DNA of 64,000 nucleotides, taken from IMG/VR virus record IMGVR_UViG_3300032038_000070, positions 3,399-67,398 of that record; one strand, given 5' to 3'. Below are positions 1 to 8,311 of the stretch, piece by piece (positions within the stretch are counted from its first letter, which is position 1; every line of letters starts with the position of its first letter). The notes under the pieces are model-generated. The model was not told the origin of the DNA. It saw only the letters and a program-made list of their open reading frames with translations, and ran no database searches. The position numbers were made by a program, and so were the translations under genes. The DNA comes from a virus. Lineage: Duplodnaviria > Caudoviricetes.

Positions 1-2
1 TT

Positions 3-299
3 GTTGGGTATCTTGTTGGTCATGATCACCAAGACAACATCTGGGATGCAGAAAATGACGGTACTCAGTTAATGTATTGCATTACCTGTGCGGCAGTAAC
101 ACAAACAGCACAGTGGAATAAATCTGACCAATTTAGGGATGCGTTCCATGACGCATACAACATTCTCACCATTGATACCGCAAATACGCTTGTAAAAATT
201 ATCCGTGGCGGTGGGGCAGATATTGATGACCACATGAGAACACGCAAGGCTATTTGCTTCAACTATTCAACTGGGCAGATGGTCGGTGAGGTTCTTTAA
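3..299 (+). CDS. 3' end of a gene truncated by the window start; calcineurin-like metallophosphoesterase C-terminus
   Basis: Frame open from base 3: VGYLVGHDHQDNIW... contains the GHxH metallophosphoesterase motif; lies just upstream of the lysis module. Confidence 0.55.
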   Translation, partial: VGYLVGHDHQDNIWDAENDGTQLMYCITCAAVTQTAQWNKSDQFRDAFHDAYNILTIDTANTLVKIIRGGGADIDDHMRTRKAICFNYSTGQMVGEVL

Positions 300-421
300 A
301 TAACACAATCGGAAATGTTGCCGTAACTATGGGCGGTGTAGATATAACATCGACTGCATATGCAAACGGGAAAATTTCTATTCCGGCTATTACTGGAAAT
401 ATTGTAATAACGGAAAGCTGA
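296..421 (+). pseudogene. Start-less 41-aa tail-protein-like cassette (LNNTIGNVAVTMGGVDITSTAYANGKISIPAITGNIVITES*)
   Basis: 42 codons in frame from the TTAAATAACAC site to TGA; no RBS or start codon at its 5' end; beta-rich tail-repeat-like sequence. Confidence 0.5.
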
Positions 422-478
422 TTCTATCTTAAATAACACTTTAATTCAGTAACTTAACAGTATTAAAAGCGTCTTTAA
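296..478. repeat. Three TTAAA-N6-(TTTAA) recombination-like sites
   Basis: 296 TTAAA-TAACAC-AATCG; 429 TTAAA-TAACAC-TTTAA; 463 TTAAA-AGCGTC-TTTAA. Confidence 0.55.
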
Positions 479-521
479 CGCTGTAACTACAAAGCCCAGA
501 GGAGCAGAATATAATGGAATT

Positions 522-547
522 GGGAGCGGCTTCGGTCGCTCCCTTTT
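522..547 (+). terminator. Rho-independent terminator before the holin
   Basis: GGGAGCGGC-TTCG-GTCGCTCCC-TTTT. Confidence 0.75.
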
Positions 548-564
548 AATTACAAGGAGGGCAT

Positions 565-981
565 ATGCGAGCAGCATTATGTACAACTATTGGAGTAATT
601 GGAAGCGGCATTGCCGCGTTGTTTGGAGGATGGGACGTGTCGCTTCAGTGCCTTCTCTGGTTCATGGCGATCGACTACATCAGCGGTCTGATCGTTGCCG
701 GAGTATTCAAAAAATCAAATAAGACAGATGCAGGAGGCCTCGAGAGCCGCGCAGGATTCAAGGGCCTTTGCCGGAAGGCAGCAGTGCTCGCCCTCGTTCT
801 GATGGCTCATTATTTGGATATGGTCGTCGGGACGGCCTTCGCAAGAGACGCGGTGTGCATCGGCTTTATCGTGAACGAGGGACTGTCAATACTTGAGAAT
901 GTTGGGCTAATGGGTATCACGTACCCGGCAGCGATCAGAAAAGCACTCGATGTATTGAGTCAGAGAGCGGAGGAAGAATGA
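565..981 (+). CDS. Phage holin (family 4 / TcdE-like)
   Basis: GGWD...L..M.IDYISGLI...GF.GL.RK motif, hydrophobic segments, AAGGAGG RBS, upstream of the lysin. Confidence 0.9.
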   Translation: MRAALCTTIGVIGSGIAALFGGWDVSLQCLLWFMAIDYISGLIVAGVFKKSNKTDAGGLESRAGFKGLCRKAAVLALVLMAHYLDMVVGTAFARDAVCIGFIVNEGLSILENVGLMGITYPAAIRKALDVLSQRAEEE

Positions 982-1143
982 TGGCATACGTGTGGCTCAC
1001 ATTTTTCTTTGTCGTGATATTATTTTTCGGAATCGGCACGGACTAGGAGGCGTTATGCGCTGGATCAAAGATACACTGATCGGGATTGGAGCGCTGATTC
1101 TTCTGGCGGTGCTCCTGGTAGTGTTTCGAGATATGGAGGACAC

Positions 1144-1902
1144 ATGGCTGTAGTTAGATTAGCTCAGGCTTCGCATGATGAGCGGGGCACTTATCATGGA
1201 GGAGCTGCCGGAGACCAGACCGGCGACGAATTGAATATCCGAACATGGTATAACCGGCCATGGGATACAGTCCTTCGCGCCAAGGATAAAAACTTCGGGA
1301 TTCTGCTCGCACAGATTGCGCAGATCCTCGTCAAATGCGTTCTGATCGGCTATGACCAGTACGAGAGGACGACGCTGTACGACCAGTGCGAGCTGATCGG
1401 GTGGAACATCAACCGAATCAACGAAATTAAGCCGTGTGAATGTGACTGCAGCAGTCTGGTCGCGGTCATCCTGCGCTTCTGCGGGATCAGCGTCTCCAAG
1501 AGCATTAACACGTCCCTGATGACGTCCGCACTGCAGAAGACCGGCCTCTTTGAGGTCCTCCGGGATCCTAAATACCTGACCAGCGGAGACTATCTCCGGA
1601 AGGGAGACATCGTGCTTAATACCTGGCACCATGTCGCCGTATGCCTTGACAATGGAGGCAAAACGGCGGAGACCTTCACACCGTACCTCGCGACTGTATC
1701 CGTCCAGACGCATCTCAAGGTCCGCACGGGACCGGGGACAAACTATCCGGAGTTTATGGTCTACGGAGGGGACGGAACCTGGACACCTTGGCGGTTCCCT
1801 CCGGCTGCGCTGGTCGTGATCGTAGAAGAGCGATCCGGCTGGGGCAGGGTCGGCAACACGATCGGCTGGGTGTCCCTTGCTTTCACGACAAAATCACAAT
1901 GA
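1144..1902 (+). CDS. Endolysin A (Cys/His amidase-peptidase domain plus SH3-like cell-wall binding domain)
   Basis: CECDCSSL and HHVAV catalytic motifs; C-terminal LKVRTGPGT...GWVSL; homologous to 35264..35998. Confidence 0.85.
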   Translation: MAVVRLAQASHDERGTYHGGAAGDQTGDELNIRTWYNRPWDTVLRAKDKNFGILLAQIAQILVKCVLIGYDQYERTTLYDQCELIGWNINRINEIKPCECDCSSLVAVILRFCGISVSKSINTSLMTSALQKTGLFEVLRDPKYLTSGDYLRKGDIVLNTWHHVAVCLDNGGKTAETFTPYLATVSVQTHLKVRTGPGTNYPEFMVYGGDGTWTPWRFPPAALVVIVEERSGWGRVGNTIGWVSLAFTTKSQ

Positions 1903-3423
1903 TGGACGCGTCCGTCGTGGTTTTGGGACCCGCGCTATTACCCCCGGCGCGGGTCCTTTTTTACGTTTAAAACAGACGACGATCAGGCCATCAAGGACGA
2001 CTGCTCCCGTGTTCGCGTACGATCTCGCCTTTTCCACTATGAGCGCCGTACGCGAACACCGCGTCGGCGCTTTTTCTGTCGTGTTGTAAAGGACAGTGAT
2101 GTCCTCATCAGACACGACTACATCAGCCACAAACGCATCCAGGAGCTTCCGGCGGAAGTCCGGATCCGTCACGTCTCCCGCGCGGAAAGACTGCAGCCAT
2201 CCGCGGATCAGGTCCTCCGGGATCACGGTCTGATTCAGCTTTTCCTTCTGCAGATCCACTTCGGCGCCGGCGATCTCATCCTCCAGCTCGTGGAGCCGCC
2301 CGATCATAGAGCTCGCGCCTTCCTCGATCGCTCTCGACACATTATCCCTGCGCCTGTGCAGATCTGCCAGATGCTTCTCTAGCATCTCTTCCTCGGATCC
2401 CTTTTTCTGGTCCTGCTGGATCGTCATGATCCGTCCGACCAGCTTCTCGATCATTTCATCCGTCAGGACATCTGCAGCAGTGTGCTGCACGACCAGATCC
2501 TCCAGCTCTTCCCGTCCAATCTGTTTGATGTCATTCCCCGGGCATCTGTAATATGTATATTTCTTCCCGGACTTTCCCGTCCCGGTCATACCGTTGAGCA
2601 TCTTCCCGCATTTTCCGCAGTGACATTTACAGCTTAATAAGTAGCACACCCTCGCCCTCCCTGCCGCGTTGCGGCTCGTGTGAAAGTTTTTATTCGCATC
2701 CGCGAACAATTCCTCTGTGACGATCGGCTCGGCGTCGATCCGGATCCCGTGGACTTCAAAGCGCCCGAGGTATCTCTCGTTGTGCAGGATCCGGTGCAAG
2801 GTGGCGTTCGGCGCGTTGATGCCGTAGCGCTCCAGAATGGCCCGTTTTTCGTCCAGGGTGGCGCCAGCGGCCTGCGCCTGGAACAACTTACGGACAGCAG
2901 GCGCACGCTCAGGATCGACCTGTATGGTGCCGTCTTCGGCGCGCATGTATCCGATCGGGAGCTTTCCCATCGGCAGCCGTCCCTTTTTCGCGCTTTCCTT
3001 CTGCCCGCGGATGATCTTCTGGCGCAGGTCGGCAGAGTAGTATTCCGCGAGGCCTTCCATCAGGCTCTCCAGCAGGATCCCTTCCGGACCTTCCGGAATC
3101 GACTCGCGCGCGTACATCAGCGTGACGCCTGCACGCCGCAGCCGGATCTTATTTACAGCGATGTCCTCTCGGGACCTGCCAAAGCGGTCGATCTTCCACA
3201 CGATGACACAGTCAAACAGGCCGCGATCCGCGTCCTTCATCATCCGCTGGAACTCGTCCCGGCCATCTACGCTCTTTCCTGAGACGTGCCGGTCCGCGTA
3301 CAGCCCGATCACGTCTATGCCCTTTTGCCGCGCGAAGGCCGTGCAGTCGGTCACCTGTCCCTCGATAGACTGGTCCGTCTGCCGCGGGCCTTCACTGTAT
3401 CTTGCGTATATCACGCCTCTCAT
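1894..3423 (-). CDS. int: Large serine recombinase (integrase of phage A)
   Basis: N-terminal YARYS catalytic motif, DRFGR, recombinase domain, zinc ribbon (CKCHCGKCG...YYRC), coiled coil; start overlaps the repressor stop. Confidence 0.95.
   Translation of the reverse strand: MRGVIYARYSEGPRQTDQSIEGQVTDCTAFARQKGIDVIGLYADRHVSGKSVDGRDEFQRMMKDADRGLFDCVIVWKIDRFGRSREDIAVNKIRLRRAGVTLMYARESIPEGPEGILLESLMEGLAEYYSADLRQKIIRGQKESAKKGRLPMGKLPIGYMRAEDGTIQVDPERAPAVRKLFQAQAAGATLDEKRAILERYGINAPNATLHRILHNERYLGRFEVHGIRIDAEPIVTEELFADANKNFHTSRNAAGRARVCYLLSCKCHCGKCGKMLNGMTGTGKSGKKYTYYRCPGNDIKQIGREELEDLVVQHTAADVLTDEMIEKLVGRIMTIQQDQKKGSEEEMLEKHLADLHRRRDNVSRAIEEGASSMIGRLHELEDEIAGAEVDLQKEKLNQTVIPEDLIRGWLQSFRAGDVTDPDFRRKLLDAFVADVVVSDEDITVLYNTTEKAPTRCSRTALIVEKARSYANTGAVVLDGLIVVCFKRKKGPAPGVIARVPKPRRTRPSL
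1926..1962 (+). terminator. Terminator of the lysis operon (inside the 3' end of the convergent integrase)
   Basis: GGACCCGCGC...GCGCGGGTCC-TTTTTT. Confidence 0.75.
2009..2059. other. Putative attP of the serine integrase (13-bp inverted arms)
   Basis: GTGTTCGCGTACG (2009-2021) and CGTACGCGAACAC (2047-2059) are perfect inverted repeats 25 bp apart; ~50 bp total, as typical for serine-integrase attP. Confidence 0.6.
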
Positions 3424-3773
3424 CTGATGCCTAACCTCCGAAGTACATCAATTTGTGTTTCCGCATCCGCTGAACGGAACGCAGTCAGGAGGGCGAACTC
3501 TTTCGGACTGAGCCGGTTCCCGAGATCAGCCAGGTCATTATCATAGCTTCTGGCAGGTTCTTTGCGTGCGTTTGTCATTCCGAGTAAATAATCAGAAGAC
3601 ACGCCAAAGAAATCCGCGATCCTGCGAATGGCTTCCAGATCGGGCTCCCTTCGGCCCTGCTCATACATACCAATCGCGCTCCGAGAAGTGCCGAGGCCTT
3701 TCGCGAGAGCATCCTGAGAAAGCTCCTTTTCCTGTCTGAGGCTCATGAGTCGGTTTGCAAATGTTTTTTCCAT
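3420..3773 (-). CDS. XRE-family HTH repressor (CI-like, no peptidase domain)
   Basis: LSQDALAKGLGTSRSAIGMYEQGRREP HTH; divergent from the early operon. Confidence 0.9.
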   Translation of the reverse strand: MEKTFANRLMSLRQEKELSQDALAKGLGTSRSAIGMYEQGRREPDLEAIRRIADFFGVSSDYLLGMTNARKEPARSYDNDLADLGNRLSPKEFALLTAFRSADAETQIDVLRRLGIR

Positions 3774-3796
3774 GATATTATCCTCCTTCGATAAGT

Positions 3797-3884
3797 ATAC
3801 ACGAATTGTGAAGAAAAAGACACAAAATGTGTTGACACGTAACGTGGCATGGTGTACTATGTAGACCTAGACACAATATGTGTC
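3797..3884 (+). promoter_or_regulatory. Phage A switch: sigma-A promoter with GACAC-N5-GTGTC operators
   Basis: TTGACA 3832-3837, 17 bp, TACTAT 3855-3860; operators at 3819, 3834 and 3870 (the last perfect: GACACAATATGTGTC). Confidence 0.8.
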
Positions 3885-3910
3885 AACGCAGAGATAAGGA
3901 GGACAGGAAG

Positions 3911-4342
3911 ATGGCAACAAAGGAAGAAGAACTGAAAGCACTGGAGCAGATCAGGAAGATCGTCGAAGGACTCGGCGAGGACAGCTACATCGGGATAGCA
4001 TTCGAGGGATGCCTCGACGACGCGGAAGAAAATATCCGGAACGACTTCGCGCTCAGTATGAACGGGCGCTGGCAGGACGCAGAACAGAAGGTTGAGCGGC
4101 TCAATGCAGAGCTGATCCTCGAAAGGGCCAATAACGATAAACTCCGGAAGAGGGTGGAAGAGGCCGAGGAAACGGCCCGGCAGAAGAGCGAAAAAGTTAT
4201 CGAGTATCACAACGACATGGTCGAAAATTGGAACAAGTTCCGGGAGCAGGAAGACAAAGCGGATGCGATGGAGCAGGAGATCATCAAGCTGAAGGCTAAG
4301 CTGTACGACATGATGATGGAACGGGAGGAAGCAAAGGCATGA
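3911..4342 (+). CDS. Early coiled-coil hypothetical protein
   Basis: RBS AAGGAGG; first gene of the early operon. Confidence 0.7.
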   Translation: MATKEEELKALEQIRKIVEGLGEDSYIGIAFEGCLDDAEENIRNDFALSMNGRWQDAEQKVERLNAELILERANNDKLRKRVEEAEETARQKSEKVIEYHNDMVENWNKFREQEDKADAMEQEIIKLKAKLYDMMMEREEAKA

Positions 4343-4527
4343 CCAACGCAAGGAAACAGGCTCACATGAGCGTTATAACATGGATCATCGCATCGTGCTT
4401 GTCTGGCGCAAGCGTCAAGGATCTACTGGCCACCGCAGAAGAACTCTATGAAGAGGGAAGCATGACAAGGGCAGAGTACCGGATCGCGATCTATATGCTC
4501 TCCCAGATAAAGGAGGTAGTGGGATGA
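4339..4527 (+). CDS. Early hypothetical protein, homologue of 38902..39087
   Basis: AEELYEEGSMTRAEYRIAIY versus AERLYEAGVMSRAAYRIAIY. Confidence 0.7.
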   Translation: MTNARKQAHMSVITWIIASCLSGASVKDLLATAEELYEEGSMTRAEYRIAIYMLSQIKEVVG

Positions 4528-4778
4528 GAGCAAACGAGACTATGGCGGCCTTTATGGACGAACAGGACGCGATCCATGACCGCGAGATCTTCGTCCACAA
4601 TCTGGGATGGCTGCTCTCGCAGACCCGCGACGGGGTGCTGGGATGCGATCTTATCAACGCGGAACAGCCCGACGAGTTCGTGCTAGTCACGTACAAGGGC
4701 GGAGGCACACGGATGATCAACACATACATGGACAGCTACGCGGCGATCATCCGGGACGTCGCGAAACGGTTCCAGTAA
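4524..4778 (+). CDS. Early hypothetical protein
   Basis: ATGA overlap, RBS AAGGAGG. Confidence 0.65.
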   Translation: MRANETMAAFMDEQDAIHDREIFVHNLGWLLSQTRDGVLGCDLINAEQPDEFVLVTYKGGGTRMINTYMDSYAAIIRDVAKRFQ

Positions 4779-4790
4779 GGAGGGACAGAC

Positions 4791-5090
4791 GTGAAGAAGG
4801 GTGACGTAATCCAGTGCCTGGATAAAAAGGATCTGCAGCGGACCATGAAGGACTTATCTGCTGCAGGGTTCCACGCCGTGAAGGACAGCGGCCAGAACTT
4901 CAATGTCGTCATCACCGGAGTTCCGGCGACAGGGTACATGGTAGCGGCCGCTGACCAGAACGGGCGAAGGCAGAATGCCTACTGCGACACTCTGGAAGAG
5001 GCAGAAGAAATCGCGGCAGAATACGGCGGCCAGTACGAGTTTGTGGAGATCCTGGAAGGATATCCGGGAGAATGGAAGGAAAGGAGGTGA
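4791..5090 (+). CDS. Early hypothetical protein
   Basis: RBS AAGGAGG, GTG start, operon spacing. Confidence 0.65.
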   Translation: MKKGDVIQCLDKKDLQRTMKDLSAAGFHAVKDSGQNFNVVITGVPATGYMVAAADQNGRRQNAYCDTLEEAEEIAAEYGGQYEFVEILEGYPGEWKERR

Positions 5091-5095
5091 GGCAT

Positions 5096-5302
5096 ATGGA
5101 TGCTAAGAGGATCGGCAGAAGACTAAGGGAGCTGCGCGGAGTTTTTCGCACGCAGGACGAAGTGGCGAATGCAATCGGTATCGACAGATCAGCTCTGTCA
5201 AGGTACGAAAACGGCGACGCAATTCCCTCTGATTCTGTTAAGATCGCGATCGCCACTTACTATGGAACTACAGTGGGCGAAATTTTTTTTGCTGAAGAAT
5301 GA
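5096..5302 (+). CDS. Cro-like XRE HTH protein
   Basis: TQDEVANAIGIDRSALSRYENGDAIP. Confidence 0.85.
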   Translation: MDAKRIGRRLRELRGVFRTQDEVANAIGIDRSALSRYENGDAIPSDSVKIAIATYYGTTVGEIFFAEE

Positions 5303-5315
5303 CACGATATGTGTC
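5301..5315. promoter_or_regulatory. Additional GACAC-N5-GTGTC operator
   Basis: GACACGATATGTGTC immediately after the cro stop. Confidence 0.65.
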
Positions 5316-5421
5316 AGAAGAGGATCAAAACATGGATGAACAGCTAAACGCTCTTGCCCTGGCCGCCCTTGAGGCGATCAGAAAACACATAGAGGAAACC
5401 AAAGAAGAAAGGAGGAAATAG

Positions 5422-5577
5422 ATGAGAACACTGCAGAAACTGATCTGCCTGATCGGGATTCTATGCTTCTGCCTCGGCGGAAGTTCGATGGACAGCAAGA
5501 ACCTGCTGATCCCGGCGGCGCTCACCATCGGCGGCGGCCTGCTGGCACTCGCCACGTATCACGCTTATGAATTGTAA
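5422..5577 (+). CDS. Small membrane protein (homologue of 42211..42363)
   Basis: Two hydrophobic stretches around GGSSMDS..LLIPA. Confidence 0.6.
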   Translation: MRTLQKLICLIGILCFCLGGSSMDSKNLLIPAALTIGGGLLALATYHAYEL

Positions 5578-5759
5578 GGAGGAAAGAAGATGAGCAAGTT
5601 GAACCAAAGTTTTGCAAACCACTATGTAACGATCGCGACGCTCCTGGAAGAGCAGTCGAAGCTCTTGGAAAGCGACACGAAGCACCGGGAAGCCCGCGAG
5701 GTAATGAAGGAAGGCGCACGCTGCCTGAAGGAGTGCGCAGTCAGATTGGAGGAAGAAGC

Positions 5760-6200
5760 ATGAAGATCACAGTTGAGTTCGACGGCATGGAAGAGTTCCA
5801 GAAGTACATAACATTTGGAAACGAAATCAAAATAACCGACGAAGGGATAGTCGTCAGGCCGAGCCACGTTCTTCCCGGACAGAGTTTGGAAGAAAGGACA
5901 AACGCGGATATAAAGGCAGATGAGGTCGCTGCAGGTACCGAAAAACCCGCCGAAAAAGCTCAGGAAGAGCCTGCAGAGGAAAAGACAGAGGATTCCGCAC
6001 CCTTCGAGGAAAAGCCCAAAATCGACGAATCCTACCGCCTTGAGGTACGCAGAAAGCTCGCAGCACTGAATAAGCTGGAGACAGGGAACCCGGCAAAGAA
6101 GCTGATCGCGGAGACCGGATACAAGCGCCTGACGGATGTCCCGCTGGATCTCCTGCCGGGGCTGATGGAGAAGGCAGAGGAGGCAATGAACAATGTCTAG
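5760..6200 (+). CDS. Hypothetical protein preceding DUF2800
   Basis: RBS GGAGG; acidic linker and helical C-terminus; coupled to the next gene. Confidence 0.7.
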   Translation: MKITVEFDGMEEFQKYITFGNEIKITDEGIVVRPSHVLPGQSLEERTNADIKADEVAAGTEKPAEKAQEEPAEEKTEDSAPFEEKPKIDESYRLEVRRKLAALNKLETGNPAKKLIAETGYKRLTDVPLDLLPGLMEKAEEAMNNV

Positions 6201-7356
6201 GACACACGCAAAGCTCTCGCCATCCGCGGCGGAGAGGTGGATCCATTGCCCCGGCTCGATCAGGCTCTCGGAGCAGTGCCCGCCAGCGCCGTCCAGTGAC
6301 TACGCCGACGAGGGAACTGCAGCGCACAGGCTCGCGGAACTGAAAGTCGAATGCGGTCTTGTCCCGATCGGAGATCCGAAGCTCACGCAGGACTTCGAGA
6401 CGGCCCGCGCTTCGCAGTACTACTGCGGCGAAATGGAAGAAGCAACAGAGTTCTACGCGGACCGGGTGCAGGAGATCTACGCGAAGGCCCTGCAGAAGGA
6501 TCCGTCAGCGGAGCTGATGGTCGAGCAGCACTTCTCCCTAGAGGACTGGATCCCGGGCGGCTTTGGCACCTCGGACGCAGTCGTGATCGGCGACGGAGTA
6601 ATCGAGGTGATCGACCTGAAATACGGCAAGGGCGTCAAGGTGGACGCCGTGGGGAATCCGCAGCTGCGGCTGTATGGCCTCGGCGCGGCGATGCTCTTCG
6701 GCGACATTTACGACTTGAATACAGTCCGGATGACGATCATCCAGCCGCGGCTCGACCATATCAGCACGGAAGAGATGCCGCTCATGGATCTGTTCAAATG
6801 GGCGGAAACGGTCGTCGCTCCGGCTGCGAAAGAGGCGGCAGGCGAGAAGGGTCACACCGAGAGTGGCGACTGGTGCCGCTGGTGCCCGGCAAAAGCAGTC
6901 TGCAGGACACGGGCGGAGAAGCAGCTGGAGCTCGCAGAATACGATTTCTGGGATCCGAACCTGCTGCGACCTGACGAGATAGGCGACATCCTCACCAAGG
7001 CGGAAGAGCTGCAGCGGTGGGCGTCAGATGTGCAGGAGTACGCACTGCAGGAAGCACTCGCCGGCCAGCACTACGACGGCTGGAAGCTCGTCGAGGGTAG
7101 GAGCGTCCGGAAGTACGCGGACGACCTGAAGGTCGCCGAGACACTGCAGGCGGCAGGATGGCCAGAGGCAGCGCTGTACGAACGCAAGCTCTATGGCATC
7201 ACGGCGATGGAGAAGATCGTCGGGAAGAAGAAGCTGACGGAGGTCCTCGGGGATCTGATCGTCAAGCCGGCGGGAAAGCCGGTGCTGGTCCCGGAGTCGG
7301 ATAAGAGGGAAGCAATCAACACAACGGAAGCGGCAAGAGCCGACTTCGCGGATTAA
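6193..7356 (+). CDS. DUF2800 PD-(D/E)XK (Cas4-like) exonuclease
   Basis: HAKLSPS.A.RW..CPGS, GFGTSD, IDLKYGKG, NPQLRLY, G.WCRWC. Confidence 0.9.
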   Translation: MSRTHAKLSPSAAERWIHCPGSIRLSEQCPPAPSSDYADEGTAAHRLAELKVECGLVPIGDPKLTQDFETARASQYYCGEMEEATEFYADRVQEIYAKALQKDPSAELMVEQHFSLEDWIPGGFGTSDAVVIGDGVIEVIDLKYGKGVKVDAVGNPQLRLYGLGAAMLFGDIYDLNTVRMTIIQPRLDHISTEEMPLMDLFKWAETVVAPAAKEAAGEKGHTESGDWCRWCPAKAVCRTRAEKQLELAEYDFWDPNLLRPDEIGDILTKAEELQRWASDVQEYALQEALAGQHYDGWKLVEGRSVRKYADDLKVAETLQAAGWPEAALYERKLYGITAMEKIVGKKKLTEVLGDLIVKPAGKPVLVPESDKREAINTTEAARADFAD

Positions 7357-7371
7357 GGAGGAATTAGAACT

Positions 7372-7917
7372 ATGGCAACAAAGGTTATCACAGGAAAAGT
7401 CAGATTCAGCTATGTGAACATTTTCAGAAGCAGATCCTTCCAGGATGGGCAGGATGCGAAGTACAGCATCTGCCTGTTGATCCCCAAGAGCGATAAGGCC
7501 TGTATCGCAAAGATCCGGAAGGCAATTGACGCAGAAATCGAAGAGGGCATCGCGTCGAAGTGGGGCGGGAAGAAGCCGAAGAACCTGAAGCTCCCGCTGC
7601 GCGATGGCGACGAGGAGAGAGCAGACGAGGCACCTGAGTATGAGGATATGTATTTCCTGAATGCGAACAGCGACACGAAGCCGGGCGTCGTCGACAAGGA
7701 TCTGAACGAGATCTTGGATCCGGACGAAGTCTACTCCGGCTGCTGGGGCCGTGCGAGCATTAACTTCTTCCCTTATGACAGAAAAGGGAATCGCGGTATC
7801 GGTGTAGGCCTGAACCACATCCAGAAGCTCAAGGACGGCGAGCGCCTCGGCGCTGCCCGTGCGGCTGCAGAAGACGACTTCGGCGACGGATTCAAGGATG
7901 ACGAGGAGGACTTCTGA
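7372..7917 (+). CDS. DUF2815 phage ssDNA-binding protein
   Basis: VRFSYVNIF, KYSICLLIPK, LPLRDGD, VYSGCWGRASIN, acidic tail. Confidence 0.9.
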   Translation: MATKVITGKVRFSYVNIFRSRSFQDGQDAKYSICLLIPKSDKACIAKIRKAIDAEIEEGIASKWGGKKPKNLKLPLRDGDEERADEAPEYEDMYFLNANSDTKPGVVDKDLNEILDPDEVYSGCWGRASINFFPYDRKGNRGIGVGLNHIQKLKDGERLGAARAAAEDDFGDGFKDDEEDF

Positions 7918-7918
7918 G

Positions 7919-8311
7919 ATGGAAAAAAATCTCTATTGGGCTCTTCGGGAGATGGGGTTAAACGCCAACGCAGCCAAAAGCAAGACCGCGGAGGCAGTGG
8001 TAGACACCGTACTCGCTGAGGACATCGGAAGGATTAAGGCAGTGAACGCTCGGCTGACCGACATCGAAGACACCTTACAAGGGGACGGCGAAAAGATAAA
8101 GAGCATTCTGGACTCGTTCCAGAAGCTCTCAGAGGTCGAGGGAGAGCTGTCGTCCGACCGAGCAAGAGACGCGCTTCTTCTTTGGCGCGAGATGCTTCGC
8201 GTCGCGCTGGAATATCAAGTGGATCCATCAAGCGCCGCACAAAATATCGGTTACGTGATGTATGCGGTGTTCGGCGGCCAGGCCAAGACGATTATCGGAG
8301 GGCCACAATGA
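7919..8311 (+). CDS. Hypothetical protein
   Basis: ORF coupled to both neighbours. Confidence 0.6.
   Translation: MEKNLYWALREMGLNANAAKSKTAEAVVDTVLAEDIGRIKAVNARLTDIEDTLQGDGEKIKSILDSFQKLSEVEGELSSDRARDALLLWREMLRVALEYQVDPSSAAQNIGYVMYAVFGGQAKTIIGGPQ

Noticed and set aside
6193-7356. Cas4 / CRISPR-associated system
   Set aside because: It is the common DUF2800 exonuclease in the standard DUF2800-DUF2815-PolA phage replication block.
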